Part shown: positions 24,342 through 33,848 of the stretch, one piece after another | How the letters are laid out: each line of letters opens with the position of its first letter | How positions within the stretch are numbered: position 1 is the first letter of the stretch | Assembly (NCBI GenBank): GCA_044226015.1 | Contig: JBGAHS010000004.1 | Location: 256,001 to 320,000, forward strand | DNA: 64,000 nt | Source of the DNA: Candidatus Obscuribacteraceae bacterium | GTDB lineage: Bacteria; Cyanobacteriota; Vampirovibrionia; Obscuribacterales; Obscuribacteraceae | Direction of reading: 5' to 3' | Position numbers and translations under genes: made by a program | The notes under the pieces: generated by a model | The model's input: only the letters and a program-made list of their open reading frames with translations | Database searches by the model: none | What the model was told of the DNA's origin: nothing

Positions 24342-26936
24342 ATGTCTGAGGACGATACACGCAAAGCCAGGCAAAAGAAACGCACGAGTCAAAGTAAGCG
24401 GTTCGTGGCGCCTGATAATGTGCCAGAGGGTCAACCCTGGATTGGTGCGCCGCCAAAGGCGAAGCTAGACCAGGGCAAGGGTCCTTCGTCGCCTCCTGCT
24501 GCGAAGGCTCAGCCGCCCAGAGCTAATCCGTATTTGAATAAGTCGGCGGCTCCGCAGCAGAATCCTTCCAATCCGATGGTTCCCAATCCAAATATTCAGG
24601 GTGGAATTGTGGGACCACAAGCAGGATTTCCTCAGCAGCAGCAGAGACCAGTGAATCCTGCAGCACAGAATCCGTACGTGCAGGGCGCAACACAGCAAGG
24701 ACCACAAACAGGTTTTCCAATGCAGCAGCAAATGGCGGCGAATCCTGCAGCGCAAAATCCGTACGTGCAGGGAGCGCCACAACAGGGACCACAAACAGGG
24801 TTTCCGCAACGACAGCAGATGCCAGCGAATCCTGCAGCGCAAAATCCGTACGTGCAGGGAGCGCCACAACAGGGACCACAAACAGGTTTTCCTCAACAAG
24901 AGCAGATGCCAGCGAATCCTGCAGCGCAAAATCCGTACGTGCAGGGAGCGCCACAACAGGGACCACAAACAGGGTTTCCGCAACGACAGCAGATGCCAGC
25001 GAATCCTGCAGCGCAAAATCCGTACGTGCAGGGAGCGCCACAACAGGGACCACAAACAGGGTTTCCGCAACGACAGCAGATGCCCGCGAATCCTGCAGCG
25101 CAAAATCCGTACGTGCAGGGAGCGCCACAACAGGGACCACAAACAGGGTTTCCGCAGCAACAGCAAATGCCAGCGAATCCTGCAGCGCAAAATCCGTACG
25201 TGCAGGGAGCACCACAGCAGGGTCCGCAGACAGGTTTTCCGCAGCAACAGCAGATGCCAGCGAATCCTGCAGCGCAGAATCCGTACGTGCAAGGCGGACC
25301 ACAGCAAGGATCACAACAGCAAGGACCACAATCAGGTTTTCCAATGCAACAGCAGCAAATGCCAGCGAATCCTGCTGCGCAAAATCCGCATGTGCAAGGC
25401 GCACCACAGCAAGGATCACAGTCAGGTTTTCCACTGCAACAGCAGCAAATGCCAGCGAATCCTGCTGCGCAAAATCCTTATGTGCAGGGCGCACCACAGC
25501 AAGGACCGCAAACAGGGTTCCCAATGCAGCAGCCGCAGGCGAATCCTGCTGCGCAGAATCCGTACGTCCAGGGCGCACCACAGCAAGCACCACAAGCAGG
25601 TTTTCCACTGCAACAGCAGCAAATGCCTGCGAATCCCGCAGCGCAAAATCCGTATGTGCAGCGCGCACCACAACAAGGACTGCAATCAGTTTCTCCACAG
25701 CATGTGCCACCAAATACGACGGCGCAAAATCAATCTCAACCCACAGCGGACCCCTTCGATTTGAATCTGACTCCTGTCACTAAGCCGCCAGGTGTTATAA
25801 AAAGAACTGACTCTGTGAGAAAGGGAGCTGCACCTGCAGCGCCAGTTAGCAGGAAGCCTCGCCGCGTTACCAAAAATTGGTATTGGCCAGAAGAGGATGA
25901 AGATGCATGTGGGCAGAAGTTGTATCCGGCACCAGTTTTTTCCAAGCCGCTTTCTGCACCACTTGGACTATTGCGTGACGACGGTGAAGAAGAAGGCGAC
26001 TCCAAGAAGAGTGCGTTTGCCCAAGCTATTGATGATTACGATTATTCTCGCTCTCAGGTCAAAGATGAGAGCAAAGCGTTCGCACAGGTTATCGATGAGA
26101 TACTGAACCAAGCCATCGAAACTGACGTGGACGCCCGTGCTTGCATCGATAAATTAGCCCGCAGTTGTTCTGCCAAAACGGTTACGCGTGAGTTGACTGA
26201 GTTGGCGCCAAGAATCGCGAGTTTGGTAAAAGCAAACAAGGAGCTGCTCAGCGACCTGATTGAACTTTGTCGCGCTGTTGAACGCCAATGGCTTTCGGTC
26301 GATGGACTTACCAAAGTCTTCGAGCAGTTAAACCGACTGTACGATGCGCCAGTTCTTGGTAGCAGACGGCAATTGGTCGTTGAGCACTACTTGCGCGTTG
26401 TAGGGCGAGGGCTTGCAATCAAAAAGATTGAGCAAGAGCCGCTTGGTCAGATGGAATTGTGTGAAACGCTGCTCTTAAGCCGCTACCCCGACCGAGCTGC
26501 AGAATTCTTGCTGTCTGTGATGACTTCAAGTCGCATCAACAATGATGAACTCGCAATTCGTCCATTCAAGTTTGACCGAGATAAAGCGCGAACCGTTGTG
26601 AAGGTATCTCGTGATGCGCTTGAGCCAGAGCCAGCAATGCGGCAGTCAGAAAGTGTTTTTCAAAGCAACTATTTTTCGTTTCTTCTGAAGACCGTGGCAC
26701 TAAATGCGGTATTACAAGATTCCATGCCAACTAGCAGGTATATTCGGCGAAAAGGCAAAGACCTCATTTACAGCGTGTCTGAACAGGAAGTGAAGCCTGG
26801 TGTTTTTCGTGTTACTCCGTCGGCAACGCAAGAGTTTAGCGGATTAACGCTCGAACAAATGGCTTGGGTGAATAGGCAATTTGCCGGTGTGAAGCCGCGA
26901 CATAGCTTGCCCGACAAAGTAAAAATGTTCGACTAG
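24342..26936 (+). CDS. Hypothetical protein with a Q/P/N-rich tandem-repeat domain
   Basis: GGAG RBS before ATG 24342, twelve ~29-aa repeats, then a globular-looking C-terminal region. Confidence 0.75.
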   Translation: MSEDDTRKARQKKRTSQSKRFVAPDNVPEGQPWIGAPPKAKLDQGKGPSSPPAAKAQPPRANPYLNKSAAPQQNPSNPMVPNPNIQGGIVGPQAGFPQQQQRPVNPAAQNPYVQGATQQGPQTGFPMQQQMAANPAAQNPYVQGAPQQGPQTGFPQRQQMPANPAAQNPYVQGAPQQGPQTGFPQQEQMPANPAAQNPYVQGAPQQGPQTGFPQRQQMPANPAAQNPYVQGAPQQGPQTGFPQRQQMPANPAAQNPYVQGAPQQGPQTGFPQQQQMPANPAAQNPYVQGAPQQGPQTGFPQQQQMPANPAAQNPYVQGGPQQGSQQQGPQSGFPMQQQQMPANPAAQNPHVQGAPQQGSQSGFPLQQQQMPANPAAQNPYVQGAPQQGPQTGFPMQQPQANPAAQNPYVQGAPQQAPQAGFPLQQQQMPANPAAQNPYVQRAPQQGLQSVSPQHVPPNTTAQNQSQPTADPFDLNLTPVTKPPGVIKRTDSVRKGAAPAAPVSRKPRRVTKNWYWPEEDEDACGQKLYPAPVFSKPLSAPLGLLRDDGEEEGDSKKSAFAQAIDDYDYSRSQVKDESKAFAQVIDEILNQAIETDVDARACIDKLARSCSAKTVTRELTELAPRIASLVKANKELLSDLIELCRAVERQWLSVDGLTKVFEQLNRLYDAPVLGSRRQLVVEHYLRVVGRGLAIKKIEQEPLGQMELCETLLLSRYPDRAAEFLLSVMTSSRINNDELAIRPFKFDRDKARTVVKVSRDALEPEPAMRQSESVFQSNYFSFLLKTVALNAVLQDSMPTSRYIRRKGKDLIYSVSEQEVKPGVFRVTPSATQEFSGLTLEQMAWVNRQFAGVKPRHSLPDKVKMFD
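24650..25690 (+). repeat. Coding tandem repeat, 87-nt period, ~12 units
   Basis: Unit MPANPAAQNPYVQGAPQQGPQTGFPQxQQ. GAATCCTGCAGCGCA recurs every 87 nt from 24740 to 25262. Confidence 0.95.
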
Positions 26937-26968
26937 GGTGTAGGCTCGGAGATCCGACGGCTGCGGAC

Positions 26969-27061
26969 TCCAGGGCTGCTGAATCCAGGGCTGCTGAATC
27001 CAGGGACTGCTGAATCCAGGGACTGCTGAATCCAGGGACTGCTGAATCCAGGGCTGCTGAA
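26969..27061. repeat. Intergenic tandem repeat, 6 x 15/16 bp
   Basis: TCCAGGG(A)CTGCTGAA repeated six times. Confidence 0.95.
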
Positions 27062-27291
27062 TCTCAGTGCCGGAATCCGGCTTGAGCACTGTTCTTCTTT
27101 TGCGTTCGCTTACTTCGCCAACTAACAATAACAATGGATCCAATGGAAGCAACGGCAACATCCCCAGGAAAAAACAAGCGGGCTAGCTAAGCAGCCCGCA
27201 AGAGGGAGGAACGTTTGTGTGTGTGATCGACTTCCCTATCTGCTAGAATACCATACATACGACTGGTAAGGCAAACGGAAAACGGGCTGTC

Positions 27292-28056
27292 ATGGGATTA
27301 AATGTACGTGAGATCAAGTCGAAGTCTATACTGACTCCGCAGGGATTCGGGTCACTCTCCGAGCATTACGACTTTTCCTTAAATCCTTATGCTGGGTGCG
27401 CTTTCAGCTGCTCATATTGCTATGTTCCTAAGTTTCCAAATGGAGAACACAGTCCTGAGGAGTGGGGGCAGTGGGTTAATGTCAAGATGAATGCTCCCGA
27501 GCTTATCCGTCAGAATCGGCTGAAGGTGTTCGGCAGTCGCATCTTTTTCAGCTCTGCCACAGATCCCTACCAATATATAGAACTCAAATATCGTCTCAGC
27601 CGAAAGTGTTTGCAGGAACTGAAGCTTTACCAGCCCTCCAGGCTAACTATGCATACAAGAAGTCATTTAATTCTGCAAGATCTGGAATTGCTCAAATCCT
27701 TTGGTGACAAATTGCAGGTCGGGGTGAGCTTTACCACCGACAACGACTTTATTCGCCAGGAATTTGAGGGGCGCGCACCGAGCATAAATCGTCGGCTGGA
27801 ACTTATCAAAACACTCAGTGCTGCTGGCATTAAAGTGCATGCCTCACTTTCTCCGCTATTGCCGTGCGACCCTGAGCGGTTGGTTGAGCTAATTTCTCCG
27901 CATGTAAACAAGATTTGGATCGATGAAATGCGATGGACTGAGGTAAACACGCGCCCACAGCTGGTCGAAAAGTATGCTGATTTTTTCGATGCAAAAAATC
28001 ATGCTGCCATTAGAAACTTCATCAAGAAGCTGCATTTTCAGTCACTTAATTCTTAG
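27292..28056 (+). CDS. SPL-family radical SAM protein
   Basis: SLNPYAGCAFSCSYCY (CxxxCxxC), SSATDPYQ..E.KY and E..APS...RL motifs. Confidence 0.85.
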   Translation: MGLNVREIKSKSILTPQGFGSLSEHYDFSLNPYAGCAFSCSYCYVPKFPNGEHSPEEWGQWVNVKMNAPELIRQNRLKVFGSRIFFSSATDPYQYIELKYRLSRKCLQELKLYQPSRLTMHTRSHLILQDLELLKSFGDKLQVGVSFTTDNDFIRQEFEGRAPSINRRLELIKTLSAAGIKVHASLSPLLPCDPERLVELISPHVNKIWIDEMRWTEVNTRPQLVEKYADFFDAKNHAAIRNFIKKLHFQSLNS

Positions 28057-28067
28057 CGGCGTAGATT

Positions 28068-28240
28068 CGCCCGGAGTACGCGGTGATGGGACCGCATTGA
28101 TTAGGGATCCGCCCGGAGTACGCGGTGATGGGACTGCATAGATTAGGGATCCGCCCGGAGTACGCGGTGGTGGGACTGCATTGATTAGGGATCCGCCCGG
28201 AGTGCGCGGTGGTGGGACTGCATTGATTAGGGATCCGCCC
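28068..28240. repeat. Intergenic tandem repeat, 4 x 42 bp with an internal hairpin
   Basis: Unit CGCCCGGAGTACGCGGTGATGGGACCGCATTGATTAGGGATC, with no spacers between units. Confidence 0.95.
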
Positions 28241-28496
28241 TGGGGTCCATGGTGGTGAGGTTCCGCTTGAGTGCGCAGCTACCCCGTTTTTTATTCGGTT
28301 TTGCTGCACAGTTGCGGAACTGTTTTGCTTGGTGTTTGCGCCAAGCCCTGGATTTGTATATTTGAAATATTGATGCCGGTTCAAACCAATACCTCGTGAT
28401 TCTGGTATTGCATATGGTGTCAAAAACTACGCAGAAATAATTGAATAAGCATCCGTGAATTCTCTGAATTCCAATTCTCATGCCAAGGGAGCAACC

Positions 28497-30350
28497 ATGT
28501 CAGCCAAATCTAATGTAACGCCCGAACTTGAAAAAGCTGCCTCTGTCGATGTGTCAGGGTGCCAAAGAGGGTATGATTTTCCGAGTGCAAACGGAAATAC
28601 TTTGAATACTTTTGATATCAAGAGGCAAGAACCTGGCATGAACACACCAACAAGCCAAGCAAAAGAATACGAGCAGGGCGTTCTCTCGCTTTTGCATGCT
28701 AGAGCTGCTCAATTCGGCGACCGCGAGGCTTTTCGCATGAAAGAAGGTGGCGAGGTTCGTGCGGTCACATATTCACAGCTTTCTGAACGCACGCGTCAGC
28801 TAAGCTCGTACTTGATGGAAAAAGGGGTGAAGCAGGGCGATCGAATTGCCATTTTGAGTGAATCGAGACCGGAATGGGGCATCGCATTTTTCGGTTCAGT
28901 ACGCGCTGGAGCGACTATCGTTCCGCTTGACATAAAACTCACAGAGACAGAACTCGTGTCCATTCTCTCTGATTGCAGACCGAAGGCTATCATTTGCGAT
29001 AGCAAGCATCTGGAGCTGGCTCAACGCTTGCCGAAATCGGTTGACTCAATTGCAGACGTTTATTTGATTGAAGATGGAAAAGGTACAGAGCAGGTTAAAT
29101 CGATTGATCAGTTGCAAGCATCATCAATTCTCGAAGGCGTTCAGCGAAAGAACGATGAGGTTGCAGTTCTAGTCTACACTTCTGGTACTACCGGTAGTCC
29201 CAAGGGTGTCATGACCACTTTTGGAAACTTGATTTTTCAGATCAGCAGCTTCAAAGCTATTATCGACCTCTCGGAAAATGATCGTTTCCTTTCAGTATTG
29301 CCATTGAACCACTTGTTTGAGCTTACTGGCGGTTTCCTGGGTATTTTGAATGAAGGTGGAACTATTGTGTTCTGTCATTCGCTATTTCCGCAGGAAATCA
29401 TCAAAACGATGAAAGAAGAAAAGATCACCGGAATGATCGCAGTTCCCCTATTCTTCAAGTCTCTGAAGAGCGGAATCGAGCGCGAGGTTAAGCGCAAGGG
29501 TGAAGAGGCAATCGCTAGATTTCATGCAGGCATCGAAGCTGCGGGGCAGCTGCCGCTGGAAAAACGGCGCGAAATGTTTGCACCTGTTCTTGCTGAGTTG
29601 GGCGGACATTTGCGTGTATTAGTCAGTGGTGGTGCGCCGCTTGAAGTTGAAGTGGGCAAGTTCTTCCAATCAATCGGTATACCGATGTGTGAAGGGTATG
29701 GTCTTACTGAAACAAGCCCCGTCATCGCTGCGAATAGTTTGGTGGCAGCAAAAATTGGAAGTGTCGGCAAGCCGCTGAATGGTCTAGAAGTAAAAATTGC
29801 CAAAAAGACAGAGACCGATACCGAAGGTGAAATCATAACGCGCGGACCTCACATTATGGCTGGCTATCACAAGCGTGAAGACTTGACCAACGAAGCAATC
29901 GACTCTGAAGGTTGGTTCCACAGTGGTGACATTGGACACATTGATGAAGACGGTTTCTTGTTCATTACTGGAAGAATTAAGAATATGATTGTTCTTGGTG
30001 GTGGCAAAAAGATCTTCCCTGAAGAAGTTGAGGCTGCTTTTGGACCAGCCACGACGGTCAAAGAAGTTTGTGTGCTTGGAGCAAAAACTAAAGAAGGTGG
30101 CTTCAAGGGTGGAACCGAAGAAGTGTGCGTGGTGGCAGTGCCATCAGACGCTCTTGTCCATGAGCACAAGGACAACCCTCAAGCTATACAAGCCGCAATC
30201 AAAAAGGAATTAGACGGCTTGGCTGAACATCTCGCAGTGTACAAGCGCCCCACAAAACTAGTAATCAGCATGGAAGATCTTCCGAAGACAGTTACTCGCA
30301 AAATTAAACGCCCGGCCGTTCTTGAATGGTTGCAAACACAGGGAGCATAG
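28497..30350 (+). CDS. AMP-dependent long-chain acyl-CoA/ACP ligase
   Basis: YTSGTTGSPKGV, GYGLTETSP, FHSGDIG, TGRIKNMI and LPKTVTRKIKR motifs. Confidence 0.9.
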   Translation: MSAKSNVTPELEKAASVDVSGCQRGYDFPSANGNTLNTFDIKRQEPGMNTPTSQAKEYEQGVLSLLHARAAQFGDREAFRMKEGGEVRAVTYSQLSERTRQLSSYLMEKGVKQGDRIAILSESRPEWGIAFFGSVRAGATIVPLDIKLTETELVSILSDCRPKAIICDSKHLELAQRLPKSVDSIADVYLIEDGKGTEQVKSIDQLQASSILEGVQRKNDEVAVLVYTSGTTGSPKGVMTTFGNLIFQISSFKAIIDLSENDRFLSVLPLNHLFELTGGFLGILNEGGTIVFCHSLFPQEIIKTMKEEKITGMIAVPLFFKSLKSGIEREVKRKGEEAIARFHAGIEAAGQLPLEKRREMFAPVLAELGGHLRVLVSGGAPLEVEVGKFFQSIGIPMCEGYGLTETSPVIAANSLVAAKIGSVGKPLNGLEVKIAKKTETDTEGEIITRGPHIMAGYHKREDLTNEAIDSEGWFHSGDIGHIDEDGFLFITGRIKNMIVLGGGKKIFPEEVEAAFGPATTVKEVCVLGAKTKEGGFKGGTEEVCVVAVPSDALVHEHKDNPQAIQAAIKKELDGLAEHLAVYKRPTKLVISMEDLPKTVTRKIKRPAVLEWLQTQGA

Positions 30351-30357
30351 CACTCAG

Positions 30358-30936
30358 ATGGACAAAGGTGTCCTCATTCTGATTTGTCTGAACTTCATTT
30401 ACATTGCTCTTCTGCCTGTTATTTTTTTCAGAAAAGATGGAGGACTAAATCTGGGGTGGTTCGCTACTGCGCTTCCATTCGGGGTTTGCCCTCTGTCTTT
30501 AATCGCAACCTATTATGGTTATCTAGTTCGATTGACTGGTGTCAATACTCCGTGGGGAAGTTTCTCCGACACGGTGCCGATACTACTTTCTTGTTGCTCA
30601 ATCGCGTTGATTTCTTTCACTCTCGGAACACATCGCATACCGATAGCGCTATGGCACCAGGAAAATGACGCGCCGCAAAGCATAGTCACATTCGGACCCT
30701 ACAAATGGGTGAGACACCCGTTTTATACCTCCTTCATTGTAGCGTTCGCTTCAGCGTTTATTTATGCACCAAATGTGATGACAACAATCAGTTTGATCTA
30801 CGGTTTAGCTATTCTGAATTTTACTGCAGACCGCGAAGAGAAGCGCCTTTGTCAGTCTGATTTCGGAAAAGAATATGAGTCCTACATGTCGCGCACCGGA
30901 CGATTTCTTCCGAAATTTCTTGATTCTATAGGTTAG
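30358..30936 (+). CDS. ICMT/PEMT-family integral membrane methyltransferase
   Basis: Multiple TM segments with IVTFGPYKWVRHPFY, EEKRL...FGKEYESY..RTGRFLP. Confidence 0.85.
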   Translation: MDKGVLILICLNFIYIALLPVIFFRKDGGLNLGWFATALPFGVCPLSLIATYYGYLVRLTGVNTPWGSFSDTVPILLSCCSIALISFTLGTHRIPIALWHQENDAPQSIVTFGPYKWVRHPFYTSFIVAFASAFIYAPNVMTTISLIYGLAILNFTADREEKRLCQSDFGKEYESYMSRTGRFLPKFLDSIG

Positions 30937-30938
30937 TC

Positions 30939-31886
30939 ATGGACGCGTATATTGGAAGCTTGAGCTATTGCCTGGGAGAACAGAGCTACTCTCTGGATGA
31001 ATCAGCTGAAGCTGGGCGGCTAATTTCACCTGTGCAAGCCCTCAAAGATTCTGGTTTTGCCAATCACCGAATCTGCGCTGACAATCAATCTGCATACGAC
31101 CTGGCTCGTGATTGTGCCCGGCAGCTGTCTGACCTTGAAAAAGTCGGAGCCATCATTTATTCCACTTGTTTGCCATTGAATGGGAATTGCGGCGATGCTA
31201 CCTTGTTCGACCAGACCAGAGACGTAAAGTACTTGATGGATTTTCCTGCAAGTCACTTGCAATCAGAGTTTGGAATGAACGACGCTTTCGTTTTAGGCAT
31301 CAATCAGCAAGCCTGCACTGGAATGCTCGGTTCCATCAGGCTTGCACGCATGCTGCTCAACGACGATGAATCCATAGATTCTGTCCTCTGCATAACTGCC
31401 GACAGGTTTCCTTACGGCGCCAAGTACGAGCAAGCTTACAATCTCATTTCTGATGGAGCTGCAGCTACGATTGTCAGTCGAAAGCCTGGTCGATACAAAA
31501 TTCTTGCTTGCCACGGTATCACTAATGGTGGCTTGGCTCAGGCTAGTGATGAGGAAGCGGCTGGAACATACTTCGTTTATTGCAACAGGGTAATTCGCGA
31601 GACTCTGGCCAAGGCGCGCTTAGATTTGAGCGATATCTCCTGGATTATTCCGCAAAACATGAACAGCAAGGCGTGGCAAATTTTGGCTCGGCTTTTGAAA
31701 TTTGATGAGAACAAAGCATTCGCAGGAAGTCGGGCTGAACTGGGGCATGTTATCAGTGCAGACAACATGATAAATCTATCTCTTTTAACCCAAGGTGGCG
31801 GCGCAAAGTCTGGGCAATATTTACTGCTGATTATGGCTGGTTATGGCATGAACTGGCAGTGTGTGATTTTGGAGGCTTGCAAATGA
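30939..31886 (+). CDS. KAS III (FabH)-fold enzyme with an atypical active site
   Basis: QQACTG (Cys), SDGAAA, IIPQN in place of PHQAN, LGHVISAD in place of GNTS, and MAGYGMNW. Confidence 0.75.
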   Translation: MDAYIGSLSYCLGEQSYSLDESAEAGRLISPVQALKDSGFANHRICADNQSAYDLARDCARQLSDLEKVGAIIYSTCLPLNGNCGDATLFDQTRDVKYLMDFPASHLQSEFGMNDAFVLGINQQACTGMLGSIRLARMLLNDDESIDSVLCITADRFPYGAKYEQAYNLISDGAAATIVSRKPGRYKILACHGITNGGLAQASDEEAAGTYFVYCNRVIRETLAKARLDLSDISWIIPQNMNSKAWQILARLLKFDENKAFAGSRAELGHVISADNMINLSLLTQGGGAKSGQYLLLIMAGYGMNWQCVILEACK

Positions 31887-32743
31887 TTAGTCTCTCTGAC
31901 ACAGCCAAGAAATTGTCTGAACTCTCGACCAAAAACTATTTGAATCCATACACATACATAGACTGGGCTGCCGAAATGCCTCGAGAGCAGTGGTTTATGT
32001 CGCCAGAGCTAATTTCGATTTATGGCACAGAAACCTTTGAGAAATTGACAGAAAAAGAGCAGCAATTACTTTCCTTTTTTGAGGCAGTAAATTTCTTCAG
32101 CCTGAATATCCATGGCGAGAAGCCGCTTGTCGAGGGCTTAGCAAAACGACTTTATTCAAAGGAGCTGAAAGAGTTTGCTGTTTACCTGCATCATTTTCTT
32201 GATGAAGAGAATAAGCACATGATTTATTTTGGTGGATTTTGCCAGCGCTATGCGGGAAAAATCTATCGTGACCGAAAGCTCGTTATTCCCCGAGAATACG
32301 AGCCTGGTGAAGATGACTTTCTGTTCTTTGCAAAGGTGATGATATTCGAAGAACTTGTGGATATGTATAACATCAAGATGTCCAGTGATGAAAGACTCGA
32401 ACCCATTTCTCGAAAAATCAATCAGGTTCATCATGCGGAGGAAGCTCGGCATCTGGTTTTTGGGCGGCACATGGTTGAGCATCTGTTCCAGAAATATTCA
32501 TCTAGCTGGAGTCCTTCGACTCTAATAGCTATGCAAGACTATCTGAAAAACTATGTGGTCGCAACCTGGAAAGAGTATTACAATCCAGATGTGTATAAAG
32601 ATGCCTTGCTGGCGAGTCCCTATGAGCTTCTCGAGCAAGCGTGGAACTGTAGCGTGCAGCGCGAGCACCGAAAGAAGATTTCGTCCAGACTGTTGGATTA
32701 CCTTAAGCAGCGAAATATGATAGTGGAGTATCCTGAGTTATGA
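31883..32743 (+). CDS. AurF/CmlI-like diiron oxygenase
   Basis: NIHGE, DEENKH, IFEE and HHAEEARH diiron ligand pattern. Confidence 0.8.
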   Translation: MISLSDTAKKLSELSTKNYLNPYTYIDWAAEMPREQWFMSPELISIYGTETFEKLTEKEQQLLSFFEAVNFFSLNIHGEKPLVEGLAKRLYSKELKEFAVYLHHFLDEENKHMIYFGGFCQRYAGKIYRDRKLVIPREYEPGEDDFLFFAKVMIFEELVDMYNIKMSSDERLEPISRKINQVHHAEEARHLVFGRHMVEHLFQKYSSSWSPSTLIAMQDYLKNYVVATWKEYYNPDVYKDALLASPYELLEQAWNCSVQREHRKKISSRLLDYLKQRNMIVEYPEL

Positions 32744-32991
32744 AAAGCGAAGCAGAGTTTCGTGAATCACTACGCAATTGGATTCTCTCAAAGAATGCCA
32801 AGGTCAAGCCTGAAGATCTTGCTGATGACACCCCAATAATTGAACAGCGCATAATCACATCGTTGCAGCTTATGGATCTTATTCTTGAACTTGAAAAACT
32901 CACTGGAGAGCCTGTCGAAGTAGAAGAGCTAAAGCCCGGAGTTTTCAAAAATATCAACAGCATTTGTCAGAATTTCTTGAGGCGAGAATGA
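32740..32991 (+). CDS. Carrier protein 1 (putative aminoacyl carrier)
   Basis: 83 aa, acidic, with IITSLQLMDLILELE as the phosphopantetheine-Ser motif. Coupled to the ligase gene. Confidence 0.75.
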   Translation: MKSEAEFRESLRNWILSKNAKVKPEDLADDTPIIEQRIITSLQLMDLILELEKLTGEPVEVEELKPGVFKNINSICQNFLRRE

Positions 32992-33848
32992 GCATGGCTG
33001 CCTCAATTGACCCTATTGAACTAACTGAATTGCACTGGCAGGAATCTGGACAGGCTTCTTTTAGTGGGTCGCTTCTGAGGCTGTTTCGAAGGCTCGATGC
33101 TATGTTTTGCGATTGGGCGACAACTCTCAACTCGCAGGAATTTATGTTTCCTCCGTTCCTTTCAAGCAAGCAAATGAACAAGCTTGATTATTTCAAGTCG
33201 TTTCCACATCTCATAACCATTCCTGTCACGCTCGAAAGCTCTGCTGAAAATCTGCAAGCATTTGCCGACTCGCCGCTTGATGAAAACTATAATTTGAAAT
33301 TGCCTCAGTTGGCTGCAGCAAAACAGGTGCTGACACCTGCGGCGTGCTACCACTTTTACGATGAACTCGAAGGGGCACAGCTTAACTCAGGGCTCTATTT
33401 GACGACTAGATGTGTCTGTTATCGAAATGAGTTAGCCTATCAACCTCTGCGGCGGCAGTGGGCGTTTTCAATGCGTGAAATTGTATGTATTTCCAGTATT
33501 GATGAGGTTCAGAGCTTCCTTCAGGTCTTTGAGCAAAAATTGGCAGAGTATTTTGCCTTGAACAAGTTTCCTGTAAAATTTGAGTACGCAACTGACCCGT
33601 TTTTCAACCCCCGTTCAAATCCCAAATATTTGCTACAAAAACTTGAACCTGTGAAAAAAGAAATGATATACGACGGTCAGCTTTCGATTGGCTCATTGAA
33701 CTTTCATCGTAATTTTTTCGGTGAAACCTTTCAGATTTCACACAACAAAGAAGCCGCCTACACTGCTTGTGTCGCTTTTGGCATCGAGCGTTGGATGTAC
33801 ATGATTTTGAATGAACGTGGTTTGCAAGAAAATGGGTGGAGCTTCTGA
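32988..33848 (+). CDS. Amino acid:[carrier protein] ligase (class II SerRS-like, no tRNA-binding domain)
   Basis: YFKSFPH, PAACYH, CYRNE, FSMREIV, ATDPFF, SLNFHRNFFG and TACVAFGIERW motifs. Confidence 0.85.
   Translation: MSMAASIDPIELTELHWQESGQASFSGSLLRLFRRLDAMFCDWATTLNSQEFMFPPFLSSKQMNKLDYFKSFPHLITIPVTLESSAENLQAFADSPLDENYNLKLPQLAAAKQVLTPAACYHFYDELEGAQLNSGLYLTTRCVCYRNELAYQPLRRQWAFSMREIVCISSIDEVQSFLQVFEQKLAEYFALNKFPVKFEYATDPFFNPRSNPKYLLQKLEPVKKEMIYDGQLSIGSLNFHRNFFGETFQISHNKEAAYTACVAFGIERWMYMILNERGLQENGWSF

Noticed and set aside
24465..25713. Long antisense ORFs of 280 and 396 aa
   Set aside because: They are shadows of the stop-free coding repeat on the plus strand.
28068..28240. Possible CRISPR array (also 26969-27061, 37405-37599, 51996-52158 and 24650-25690)
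   Set aside because: The units are contiguous with no unique spacers, and there are no cas genes in the window.
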